64,000 bases of DNA from Planctomycetota bacterium (GTDB lineage: Bacteria > Planctomycetota > B15-G4), in the NCBI GenBank assembly GCA_965248575.1, contig CBDFJQ010000002.1, positions 2,592,001 to 2,656,000 on the forward strand, read 5' to 3'. The notes below the pieces were generated by a model that was not told the DNA's origin, searched no databases, and saw nothing but the letters and a program-made list of their open reading frames with translations. A program made the position numbers and the translations under genes. Below are positions 9,626 to 18,020 of the stretch, one piece after another. Each line of letters begins with the position of its first letter. The first letter of the stretch is position 1.

Positions 9626-11842
9626 CTAGAACTCGGCGTAACCGAGTTGGCGCAACAGTTCCGCCTGGCGCGGCGAAATCTCCCGGCTGGCAGGCTCGTG
9701 CAGGGGTTGCAGCAACTGCAGCGCGAGAGGGCGCAGCCGCTCATCCAGCGCCTGGATCCAGGGCGCATCGCTGCCCAGCAGATTCGTGGCTTCATCCGGG
9801 TCGAGGCTGAGGTCGTAGGCCTCCCGGATCTCACCTACCCCCAGCGGATCCCCGGCGGGTGAAACGGTGATGAGCTTCCGATCCCCATGGATGATCGCCA
9901 GGCTCGGCTCCTGCCCGTGACGCACGGTGGCGAGATGAGAGAACACGGGCCGGTCCTTGTCCAGGGAGAGCAAGGCAGAGCCCAACCACTGGGGGTGCGG
10001 CGTCACACCCGCCATCTCGGCGAGAGTCCGGGGCAAGTCCACCAGCGAGGCCGCGTGTTCAACATCACCGGCCAAGACTCCCGGCCCCCGCACGAGCAAG
10101 GGCACGCGCACGATCTCGTCCCAGACGCCTGTGCCGTGACCCAGCACACGGTGTTCGAAGAAGGCCTCGCCATGGTCGCTGGTAAACACCAGATAGCCAT
10201 CCTCCCCGAAGCCCGTGCGGTCCAGGATCTCCAGGAAGCCCGCGAACGCCCGGTCGAGGTCCACAACACCACCGCGGTAAAGGTCCAGATACTGGGCGAC
10301 GGCCCGCTGCACCTCAACCGGCAAGGCCTGCTCTGGTGGCAGGTCCAATGTGCTCGCCCGGATGCGATGCAGCAGATCGTCTTCGTCGCCGCTCAGGTCG
10401 AGGCGACCGCGCTGCTGCTTACGTGTTTCGGGCGTGACCCGGTAGGGCGTGTGCGTCGCGTAGGTCTGCACGAACAAGAACGTCGGGCGCCCGTCGTCTG
10501 CCTCCAGGAAGGCCTCCGCGCGTTTCAGGGTCTCCTCTACGCCGGCACCGCGCTGGTCCCACCACGAGAAGCCCTGATCGAGGCCTGCGTCGTGCGTCAC
10601 GATGACACCGTCGGTGATGGCCCCCGTGCGGTATCCGGCTTCTGTCAGCAACTCCGCGATGGTCAAGGCCTCGTCCGCCAACCCGAAGCTGGTGTCCACA
10701 GCGTAGTGCTGCAGGGGGAACATGCCCGAGAACAGTGAAGCGTGGGCGGGCAGCGTCCACGAAGCAGGGGACCAGGTGTCCAGGAATCGACGGCAGCCCT
10801 GCGCGAAGCGGTCGATGTTCGGGGTGAGGCCCAGCGTGCTGCCATAGGCCGCGAGATTGTCCGCGCGAAAGGTATCCGCCAGGAAGACGATGATGTCCGG
10901 AGGCTCAGCTGAAGCAGTGTCGCTAGGCGCCCCTGTCGGCAGAGGCACCAGCACAGGCGAAAGGAAGGCCGTGAGCGCAGGCGGCCCCGTCACGGAGAAC
11001 ACGAGCGAACCTTGGGTACCTGCTGGCAAGTCCAGCGCCTGCCAGTCCGCCGCTCCCATCTCCCCCGCTGGCTGGGCGTGCGTAAAAAGCTCCGCCCCGT
11101 CCAGCTCCACCTTGAACACGACTTCGCTTCCCGCCTCAGCCAACAGCACTCCAGCTTGCGAAACAGTGCAGAAGCGGAGGCTGGTGGCCTGTTGGATGTC
11201 GACAGGCACCCCCACCCGGGAACCCGGCACCACGGGCAGGCCATCCCCCGCAAACCGGCGCTGCTCCACGCGCCAGATGTCGCCTTGCTTCCGAGCCACA
11301 CGGACAAAGACCCGGTGCCGCAGGACCGGCAGCTCCTGATCGGGTTCCAGCACGACGAAGAGTTTTCTCTGGGTCTGGAAGAACGAGCCGGCGACCGCTC
11401 GACCAGGTCGCAACTCGCGCCCACGGAACACCAGCTCCAGCTCATCGGCTTCGAGCCGCATCGGTTTGCCGCCATCCGCCGGGACGCCGATGCTCGTCAA
11501 CAAGGACGGGGCTTCCCACACACCGGGCGTCCCTGTCAGTGTCCACTGCGCGGGATTCAGCGTGCGTTGGACCCAGAGAGCCTCACCTCCCTCGACAGCC
11601 TCCACACGGAGCTCGGGTGCCCCAGGTTGCGTGAGGTGCAGGTTGCGCAAGCTCTGCGCGAAGGCGCCGTCCAAGCGGCCGGCCTCCTCAGGCGCGATGA
11701 GTCGAACGGTCTGCGCTGCTTGCTCGGGCTCGGCGGCTGCTGTGCAAGCCGTCAACAGCCTGAAGAACGCCAGGAGGCCCAAGGCCCATCCGGCGGTTGG
11801 GAAGACGCGGCGTCGGACGAACGACGAACTGGGCATGGTCAC
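9626..11842 (-). CDS. Sulfatase-fold (alkaline phosphatase superfamily) lipoprotein with Thr at the nucleophile position
   Basis: Lipobox LLTAC; ADTFRAD, SWTLPAHASLFSG, SDHGE, VRVPL; ends LRQLGYAEF. Confidence 0.85.
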   Translation of the reverse strand: MTMPSSSFVRRRVFPTAGWALGLLAFFRLLTACTAAAEPEQAAQTVRLIAPEEAGRLDGAFAQSLRNLHLTQPGAPELRVEAVEGGEALWVQRTLNPAQWTLTGTPGVWEAPSLLTSIGVPADGGKPMRLEADELELVFRGRELRPGRAVAGSFFQTQRKLFVVLEPDQELPVLRHRVFVRVARKQGDIWRVEQRRFAGDGLPVVPGSRVGVPVDIQQATSLRFCTVSQAGVLLAEAGSEVVFKVELDGAELFTHAQPAGEMGAADWQALDLPAGTQGSLVFSVTGPPALTAFLSPVLVPLPTGAPSDTASAEPPDIIVFLADTFRADNLAAYGSTLGLTPNIDRFAQGCRRFLDTWSPASWTLPAHASLFSGMFPLQHYAVDTSFGLADEALTIAELLTEAGYRTGAITDGVIVTHDAGLDQGFSWWDQRGAGVEETLKRAEAFLEADDGRPTFLFVQTYATHTPYRVTPETRKQQRGRLDLSGDEDDLLHRIRASTLDLPPEQALPVEVQRAVAQYLDLYRGGVVDLDRAFAGFLEILDRTGFGEDGYLVFTSDHGEAFFEHRVLGHGTGVWDEIVRVPLLVRGPGVLAGDVEHAASLVDLPRTLAEMAGVTPHPQWLGSALLSLDKDRPVFSHLATVRHGQEPSLAIIHGDRKLITVSPAGDPLGVGEIREAYDLSLDPDEATNLLGSDAPWIQALDERLRPLALQLLQPLHEPASREISPRQAELLRQLGYAEF

Positions 11843-11871
11843 AAGGCACCGAAGCCTGGAAGCGGGGGCGC

Positions 11872-11877
11872 AGTCTA
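11872..11877 (-). promoter_or_regulatory. Putative -10 element TAGACT
   Basis: The same hexamer recurs upstream of gene starts at 33569 and 44142. Confidence 0.45.
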
Positions 11878-11895
11878 GCAGCCCGCAGAGGGTCC

Positions 11896-13848
11896 TCAGG
11901 AGGCGCTCACCAGACGGACCGGCTGTTCATAGAAGGCCGCGCCACCTCCATCGTCCGTTGGCACGGCGCGGATCAGGACATTGGCGCAACGCCCGTCCCT
12001 CAACATACCGCCCTTGGCAGCCAGCACGAGGCCCGGGCGGACCTTGTCGTCGTGCAACACCCGCACGTCCAGGCACCCGACCTCACTCTCCACACGCGCT
12101 AGGCTCTCGTGGGCCGGAAGCCCCTCCACCGAAGGGTGCACGCGCACTTCCGGCGGCCCCTCGGTCGGCACCGACCACTGCGACGATTGTGCCGCGGGCA
12201 CGGACATCGCCATGAGCAGGAGCGGAAATTCTGCTGTGCCCTGCGGGGCGGGCGCTGCTGGTTCATGAATGAGATTCACACGCCCGCTCGGCGTGGGCAC
12301 GCGCCGGTCGGCATAGAGCACGTCCGCAGCGAAGGGGTTGCGCACCGGCCCCGCGCGCAGGGCATCCAAACCACTGCCAGCCGAGTCGAGTCGTCGGGTC
12401 ACGCGCCGCTTCCAGGACTCGAGGTCACCCGCGAGGACGTCCTGCAAGCCCAAGCGTTCCGCTAGGGGCTGGAGGATCTCCAGCTCATGACGACATGTGC
12501 CCGGAGGAACCAAGGCCGCTTTCGACTCCCGCAACCAGTGGTTTCCGTAGGCCCCGAGCAGGTCGGAGTCCTCCAGCAGCGTCAGGGTCGGGAGCACGAG
12601 GTCTGCGCAATCGGTGGTGTCGGTGGGATGGGTGTCCACCACCACCGTGAACGGCACCTCCCGAAAGGCTTGGTGAGTCAGGGTCGCTTCAGGGAGCATC
12701 GACACGGGGTTGCCCGCTGTCACCCAGGCCACCTGGACCGGGGGACCCTTTGCGCCCTGTGCTTCCTGGGCCTCAAGGATCTCGCGGCCCAGGCGGTACT
12801 CGGGAAACACGCGCGGCGCCGCGGACTCCCCCTGCACCAGCTCGGAGTCATCGAAGGCCGACCGGCGCCCGAAGTAGTAGGAAACGCCCCCGCCGGGTAC
12901 GCCGAGGTTTCCCGAGAGGGCCCCCAAGGCGTCCAGGGACCGCACCGCGGCGGAGCCGTTGCTGCGACGGGTCAAACCCCACCCCACCAGCAGCGCGCTG
13001 GGGGATTTGTTGCCATAGAGATCGGCGAGCTGGCGTAGCTCGCTCTCCGGGACACCCGCATCCTGCGCCCAGACCTCGACGGGCCGGGAGTGCACCAGCT
13101 CGCGGTACCCATCCCAGTGATCACACCAGTCCGACGCGGACTGATCCTCGAGCCCCTCGTTGAAGAGGTGCCGTGCCACGCCCATGGCGAGGGCGAAGTC
13201 CCCGCCGGGCCGAGGTTGGAGGAAGTGCGTGCAGAGGGCCGCCAATTTCGTGCGCACAGGGTCGACCCCGAGGATCAGTGCCCCCTGCTTGCGCGCCTCG
13301 TTGAGAACGGGCAAGAGGTGCACGCCGCTGGTGTGGGGGTTCTTGCCCCAGACCAGGATCAGCCGACTGTTCAGGAGGTCCTGGATGTCATGGCTCTCCG
13401 CCTGCCCGAAGTCCTTCTCCTGCGCGTTCTCGCCCGCAGCCGAACACACGTCGCCGCCTTTGACCGTGACCGGACCGAACTGCTCGAACAACCGACTGGC
13501 CAGGGCCTTGAGGATGCCCAGGGAGCCCCCGCCGCGGTAGTGGAGGATGGACGCCGGGCCAAAGTCCGCTCGCGCCTCCAGGAGTTTCGCTGCCGCCAGG
13601 TCCAGGGCCTCGTCCCAGCCGATGGGCTCCAGCACCCCGTCCCGACGCAGCATGGGCTGGGTGAAGCGCGCGGGGTCGTTCTGCCGGCTCAGGAAGCGCG
13701 AGGTGCGCTCGCACAGGAATCCCCGGGTGATGGGGTCCTCGGGATCGCCTCCCAGGTGAGTCGCCCGGCCCTGCTCATCGACGGTGACGACGAGAGAGCA
13801 CGCATCGGGGCAGTCACGATTGCACGCGGTGTGACGAACGTCAGGCAT
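11896..13848 (-). CDS. Molybdopterin-dependent oxidoreductase (DMSO reductase superfamily), cytoplasmic
   Basis: N-terminal CNRDCPDAC...C [4Fe-4S] motif, WGKNP, GNPV, DTTDCADLVLP, C-terminal dinucleotide-binding domain; no Tat signal. Start ATG 13848. Confidence 0.88.
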   Translation of the reverse strand: MPDVRHTACNRDCPDACSLVVTVDEQGRATHLGGDPEDPITRGFLCERTSRFLSRQNDPARFTQPMLRRDGVLEPIGWDEALDLAAAKLLEARADFGPASILHYRGGGSLGILKALASRLFEQFGPVTVKGGDVCSAAGENAQEKDFGQAESHDIQDLLNSRLILVWGKNPHTSGVHLLPVLNEARKQGALILGVDPVRTKLAALCTHFLQPRPGGDFALAMGVARHLFNEGLEDQSASDWCDHWDGYRELVHSRPVEVWAQDAGVPESELRQLADLYGNKSPSALLVGWGLTRRSNGSAAVRSLDALGALSGNLGVPGGGVSYYFGRRSAFDDSELVQGESAAPRVFPEYRLGREILEAQEAQGAKGPPVQVAWVTAGNPVSMLPEATLTHQAFREVPFTVVVDTHPTDTTDCADLVLPTLTLLEDSDLLGAYGNHWLRESKAALVPPGTCRHELEILQPLAERLGLQDVLAGDLESWKRRVTRRLDSAGSGLDALRAGPVRNPFAADVLYADRRVPTPSGRVNLIHEPAAPAPQGTAEFPLLLMAMSVPAAQSSQWSVPTEGPPEVRVHPSVEGLPAHESLARVESEVGCLDVRVLHDDKVRPGLVLAAKGGMLRDGRCANVLIRAVPTDDGGGAAFYEQPVRLVSAS

Positions 13849-13854
13849 CGGCGC

Positions 13855-13860
13855 AGCATA
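13855..13860 (-). promoter_or_regulatory. Putative -10 element TATGCT, 6 nt before the ATG (leaderless geometry)
   Basis: Minus strand reads TATGCT-gcgccg-ATG; no Shine-Dalgarno sequence. Confidence 0.5.
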
Positions 13861-13942
13861 GCGTGGACGCTCGGCCCAGGCACCGGTCCCAGCACCCGCA
13901 TCCCTTGACCCCCTCCCGGCGGCGCGGGACAGTGCTTCACCT

Positions 13943-15394
13943 GTGACCACTTCGCCCCCCCCACCCCCTCCAGCCGACCTCGACGCCCTGCTGCTAAGCC
14001 TGTCTCGCCGACTGGGTTCGGAGCGTGTGGTGCGCGACCCCTCCGAACTCATCGTCTATGAAGCCGATGGGTCCACCATGCACAACACGCTGCCCAGCGC
14101 TGTGGTCTTCCCCCAGGGCGCCGAGGAGGTGTCCGCCGTGGTGCAGGCTTGCCGAGCCAACGGCGTGCCCTTCGTCGCTCGCGGCGCGGGCACGGGCCTG
14201 TCCGGGGCAGGCATGGCCCTGGACGGCGGCATCGTCGTGGCCCTCAACCGCATGAACCGCATCCTCTCCCTGGATGTAGAAGACCGACGTGCCACCGTGG
14301 AACCTGGCGTGCGCAACCTGGCAGTGAGCGAGGCGGCGGCGACGCACGGACTGTTCTACGCCCCGGACCCCAGCAGCCAGGCCGTCTGCACACTGGGCGG
14401 CAACGTGGCCCACAACTCCGGCGGCCCTCACACCCTCAAGCACGGGGTGACGGTGAACCACGTGGTCGGCCTCGAGCTGGTGACCCCGCTCGGTGAGATC
14501 GTGCGCATCGGTGGCCCGGACCGCCCGGGCCTCGACCTGCTGGCCCTGCTCACGGGCGCTGAAGGAACCCTGGGCATCGTGACCGAGGTCGAGCTGCGTC
14601 TGTGCCAAACCCCTGAGGGTGTGCGCACGCTGCTGGCCGCCTTCCCTGACATCGAGAGCGCCAGCGAAGCGGTGTCCGCCCTGATCGCCGGCGGCGTCGT
14701 GCCCGCCGCCCTGGAGATGCTCGACGATGTGGTGGTCGGTGCCCTGCAGGCGGCCTTCGGCTTCGAGTTCCCAAAGGATGCGGGCGCTCTCTTGCTGGTG
14801 GAATCGGACGGTCCCGAGCCGGGCCTCGACGAGGAAGCGCTCACCGTAGAGACGCTGTGCAAACGCCACGGAGCGCTCTCCGTGCGCCGCGCCCAGTCAG
14901 CGGACGAACGGGAAGATATCTGGACCGCTCGCAAGAAGGCCTTCGGTGCCCTGGGCCGCGTTGCCCGCCACTACTACACCCAGGATGGCGTGATTCCCCG
15001 TACCAAGCTGCCCGAGATGCTGCGGCATGTGCGCGAGGTCGCCAGCCGGCACTCGCTGCGCATCGCCAACGTCTTCCATGCGGGCGACGGCAACCTGCAC
15101 CCGTGCATCCTGTTCGACGACGATGGTCCCGAGATGAAGAGCACCGTCCTGCAGGCGGGCGCCGAGATCCTGAAGCACTGCATCGAGCTGGGCGGATCCC
15201 TGACGGGCGAACACGGTGTGGGCATGGAGAAGCGCGAGTGGATGCCGCTCATGTTCGAGAAGAGCGATCTCGAACTCATGGCGCGCTTGCGCGAGGCCTG
15301 GAGCCCCGAGGGCCTGTGCAATCCTGGCAAGGTGCTCCCCACCGGGAGCTCCTGTGGCGAGCTCTCACCTCGCGCGCGGCAGGCGGCGTTATGA
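13943..15394 (+). CDS. glcD: Glycolate oxidase subunit GlcD (FAD-linked oxidase)
   Basis: RGAGTGLSG, YAPDPSS, GAEGTLG, FHAGDGNLHP, GEHGVG, NPGK. Confidence 0.88.
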   Translation: MTTSPPPPPPADLDALLLSLSRRLGSERVVRDPSELIVYEADGSTMHNTLPSAVVFPQGAEEVSAVVQACRANGVPFVARGAGTGLSGAGMALDGGIVVALNRMNRILSLDVEDRRATVEPGVRNLAVSEAAATHGLFYAPDPSSQAVCTLGGNVAHNSGGPHTLKHGVTVNHVVGLELVTPLGEIVRIGGPDRPGLDLLALLTGAEGTLGIVTEVELRLCQTPEGVRTLLAAFPDIESASEAVSALIAGGVVPAALEMLDDVVVGALQAAFGFEFPKDAGALLLVESDGPEPGLDEEALTVETLCKRHGALSVRRAQSADEREDIWTARKKAFGALGRVARHYYTQDGVIPRTKLPEMLRHVREVASRHSLRIANVFHAGDGNLHPCILFDDDGPEMKSTVLQAGAEILKHCIELGGSLTGEHGVGMEKREWMPLMFEKSDLELMARLREAWSPEGLCNPGKVLPTGSSCGELSPRARQAAL

Positions 15395-16704
15395 GCGACG
15401 CCAGGGAATCCACGAGCTCGGAACCTGCGAGCCTGCAACCCGTGAGCTTGCAACCGGGCAGCGCAGAGCAGGCCGCTGACATGTTGCGTGGCGCGGCCGG
15501 CAGCGGCCTCAAGCTCATGCCTCAGGGGCGCGGGACGCGCAGCAGCTTGGGCGCCCTTCCGCGAGGTCTGGACGCCGTGCTGTCCACGGCACACCTCGAC
15601 CAGCTGCTGGCCTACGAGCCCGGCGACATGACCTTCACGGCCCAGAGCGGTCTGGGGCTCGCTGAACTCGACGACGCCCTGGCCGAGCACGGCCAGTGGT
15701 TGCCCCTGCAGTGCTATCGCCGTGCGGGCAGCTTGGGCGGGCTGCTGGCGAGCGCCGCCGACGGCGTGCTGGATCTCGGCTTTGGCCGGCCCAGGGACGT
15801 CATGCTCGGGGCCCGGGTGGCGCTGGCCGATGGGCTCTTGGCCCGCTCTCGGGGTCGGGTGGTCAAAAACGTCGCGGGCTACGACATCCCACGGCTGATG
15901 ACCGGTTCGCACGGCACCCTCGGCGTGCTGCTGGAAGCCTCGCTCAAGGTGCTCCCGCGCCCGGCCCGACACTCCGCGACGCTGCTGGGCTTTGACAGCC
16001 TGGGCGACGCGCTGCTCGCCGCTCGACGCGTGCACGACGGCCCGGACGAACCCAGCTTCCTCAACGTGTTGGGGGGAGCCTGCGCTCCGCAACTGGCCCT
16101 CGGCTTCGATGGCAGCGAGCTGCGCGTGGAAACCTGCCAGCAACGCGCCATCGCTCGTGCCGAGCAGGAGGGGGCGACCGGTAGACTCCTGCTCGACGAG
16201 CAGGCCTGCCTCCGTCTGCGCCGGCGTTTGGACGACCCCATCCACTCCCTGCGCCCGGACGCCGACGCCGACAGCAATACCGACGCCGAGCCCGATGCCG
16301 ACCCTGACGCCGACAACGGGCACGCGACCCAGAGCGGTCACGTCCTGGTGCGTTGGAGCGGGCGACCCTCCCAACTGGCCCCTTGGCTGGACGCGAGCTG
16401 GAGCACCGCTGAAGAGGCGGGGCTGGCCGTGCGCATCGACGCGCGCCCGGCCCTGGGCCTGGCCTTCGTCGGGCTCTCGAACAAGGGCGATCACGAGACC
16501 CTCATGGCCACGACGCGCGCCGTGCTCGCTCAGGCCCGGAGCCAGGCCTCCGCGGTGTTGCTCGACGCTCCCGACGCGCTGCGCCAAGAGGCGGACGACG
16601 TATGGGGTCCGCCCGGCGACGACCTGCCGCTCATGCAGCGCACACGAGATGCCGTCGACCCCAGCGGCGTCTTCTCCTGCGGCCGCTTCGTGGGAGGGAT
16701 GTGA
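15391..16704 (+). CDS. glcE: Glycolate oxidase FAD-binding subunit GlcE
   Basis: YEPGDMT, GRVVKNVAGYD, GSHGTLG, DPSGVF; ATGA overlap with glcD. Confidence 0.85.
   Translation: MSDARESTSSEPASLQPVSLQPGSAEQAADMLRGAAGSGLKLMPQGRGTRSSLGALPRGLDAVLSTAHLDQLLAYEPGDMTFTAQSGLGLAELDDALAEHGQWLPLQCYRRAGSLGGLLASAADGVLDLGFGRPRDVMLGARVALADGLLARSRGRVVKNVAGYDIPRLMTGSHGTLGVLLEASLKVLPRPARHSATLLGFDSLGDALLAARRVHDGPDEPSFLNVLGGACAPQLALGFDGSELRVETCQQRAIARAEQEGATGRLLLDEQACLRLRRRLDDPIHSLRPDADADSNTDAEPDADPDADNGHATQSGHVLVRWSGRPSQLAPWLDASWSTAEEAGLAVRIDARPALGLAFVGLSNKGDHETLMATTRAVLAQARSQASAVLLDAPDALRQEADDVWGPPGDDLPLMQRTRDAVDPSGVFSCGRFVGGM
16258..16317 (+). repeat. Low-complexity Asp/Ala/Pro coding insert in GlcE (DADADSNTDAEPDADPDADN)
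   Basis: Degenerate GAC-GCC / GAT-GCC repeats. Confidence 0.6.
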
Positions 16705-18020
16705 TGCAGAGCGAGAGCTCGCCACCCGGTTCACAGGCCACTGCACAGGCCACAGCAGCGGCCCTGCTCAGCGAACCGGAATGCGTGCACTGTGGCTTCT
16801 GCCTCCCGGCCTGTCCCACCTATGACTTGCTGGGCACGGAGATGGACTCGCCCCGCGGCCGGTTGCACACCATGCGCGCCCTCGAAACGGGTCGCGTCGC
16901 GCCGACGGAATCGCTGGTGAAGCACCTGGACCTGTGCCTGCTGTGCCACTCCTGCGAAACAGCCTGCCCCAGCGGCGTGCCCTTCGCGCAGCTGATGCAG
17001 GAGACGCGCGAGACCTTGGTAGGCAAGTCCGTGCGCCCCCGCTCCCAACGGCTGCTCGATCGCTTGATCACCTGGGCAGTGGCCCTTCCTCCGGGAGTTC
17101 AGCGCGTGGGAATCGTCCTGCTTCAGCTCGCGGAACGGCTCGGGCTTGGGCGGCGCCTGGCCGAAGCCGCCCAGGGCAGCGGACCCCGTGCCGCCGCCGC
17201 AGGGCTGTTGCTGAGCAGCCCGCCCGACGGCGTGTCCCTACCCGATATCACGCCTGCAGTGGGCATCCGAAAACAACGAGTCGCCTTGCTCCCGGGATGC
17301 GTTGCGCGCTGGACCTTCGGGCGCGTGAACCAACAGACAGCCAGCCTGCTTGCGGCGGCCGGTTGCGAAGTGGTCGTGCCCCCAGCCAGCCGCTGCTGCG
17401 GTGCGCTACACGCCCACGGCGGCCGCACGGGTGAAGCCCTGGCTCTTGCACGACGCAACATCGCCGCCTTTGAAGAGGTGGGCGAGTTGGACGCCATCCT
17501 CGTCAACGCCGCCGGCTGCGGCACGGCCCTCAAGGACTACGGCCGCTTGTTGGCGGACGACCCTCAGTGGGCGGCGCGGGCCAAGGCCTTCGCAGCCCGC
17601 ACCTTTGATGCCCTGGAATACCTCGGCCAGCAGGGTGCGGAGGGTGGGCCACGCCTGCCGACACCGCTTCGGGAAGTGAAGCAGCGGGTGGCCTACCACG
17701 ACGCCTGTCACCTGGCCCACGGGCAGGGCGTGCGCAACGCACCCCGCGAACTCCTGGAACGCATTCCAGGCCTGGAGTTGGTTCCCCTGGCCGATGCCGA
17801 CCGCTGTTGCGGTAGCGCTGGCATCTACAATCTGCTGCACCCCACCGAGGCCAGCGGCATTCTCGATCCGAAACTCATGCGCCTGGCTGCCAGCGGGGCG
17901 ACCATCGTTGCAGCGGCGAACCCGGGCTGCCTCATGCAGCTGGCCGCCGGCGCCCGCCGAGCGGGGCTCGCCATCGAGACCCGCCATCCCATCGAGCTCC
18001 TGGCCGAGGCCCACCTCTGA
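16704..18020 (+). CDS. glcF: Glycolate oxidase iron-sulfur subunit GlcF
   Basis: CVHCGFCLPACPTY, SPRGR, CLLCHSCETACPSGV, two CCG domains; TGATG overlap with glcE. Confidence 0.9.
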   Translation: MQSESSPPGSQATAQATAAALLSEPECVHCGFCLPACPTYDLLGTEMDSPRGRLHTMRALETGRVAPTESLVKHLDLCLLCHSCETACPSGVPFAQLMQETRETLVGKSVRPRSQRLLDRLITWAVALPPGVQRVGIVLLQLAERLGLGRRLAEAAQGSGPRAAAAGLLLSSPPDGVSLPDITPAVGIRKQRVALLPGCVARWTFGRVNQQTASLLAAAGCEVVVPPASRCCGALHAHGGRTGEALALARRNIAAFEEVGELDAILVNAAGCGTALKDYGRLLADDPQWAARAKAFAARTFDALEYLGQQGAEGGPRLPTPLREVKQRVAYHDACHLAHGQGVRNAPRELLERIPGLELVPLADADRCCGSAGIYNLLHPTEASGILDPKLMRLAASGATIVAAANPGCLMQLAAGARRAGLAIETRHPIELLAEAHL

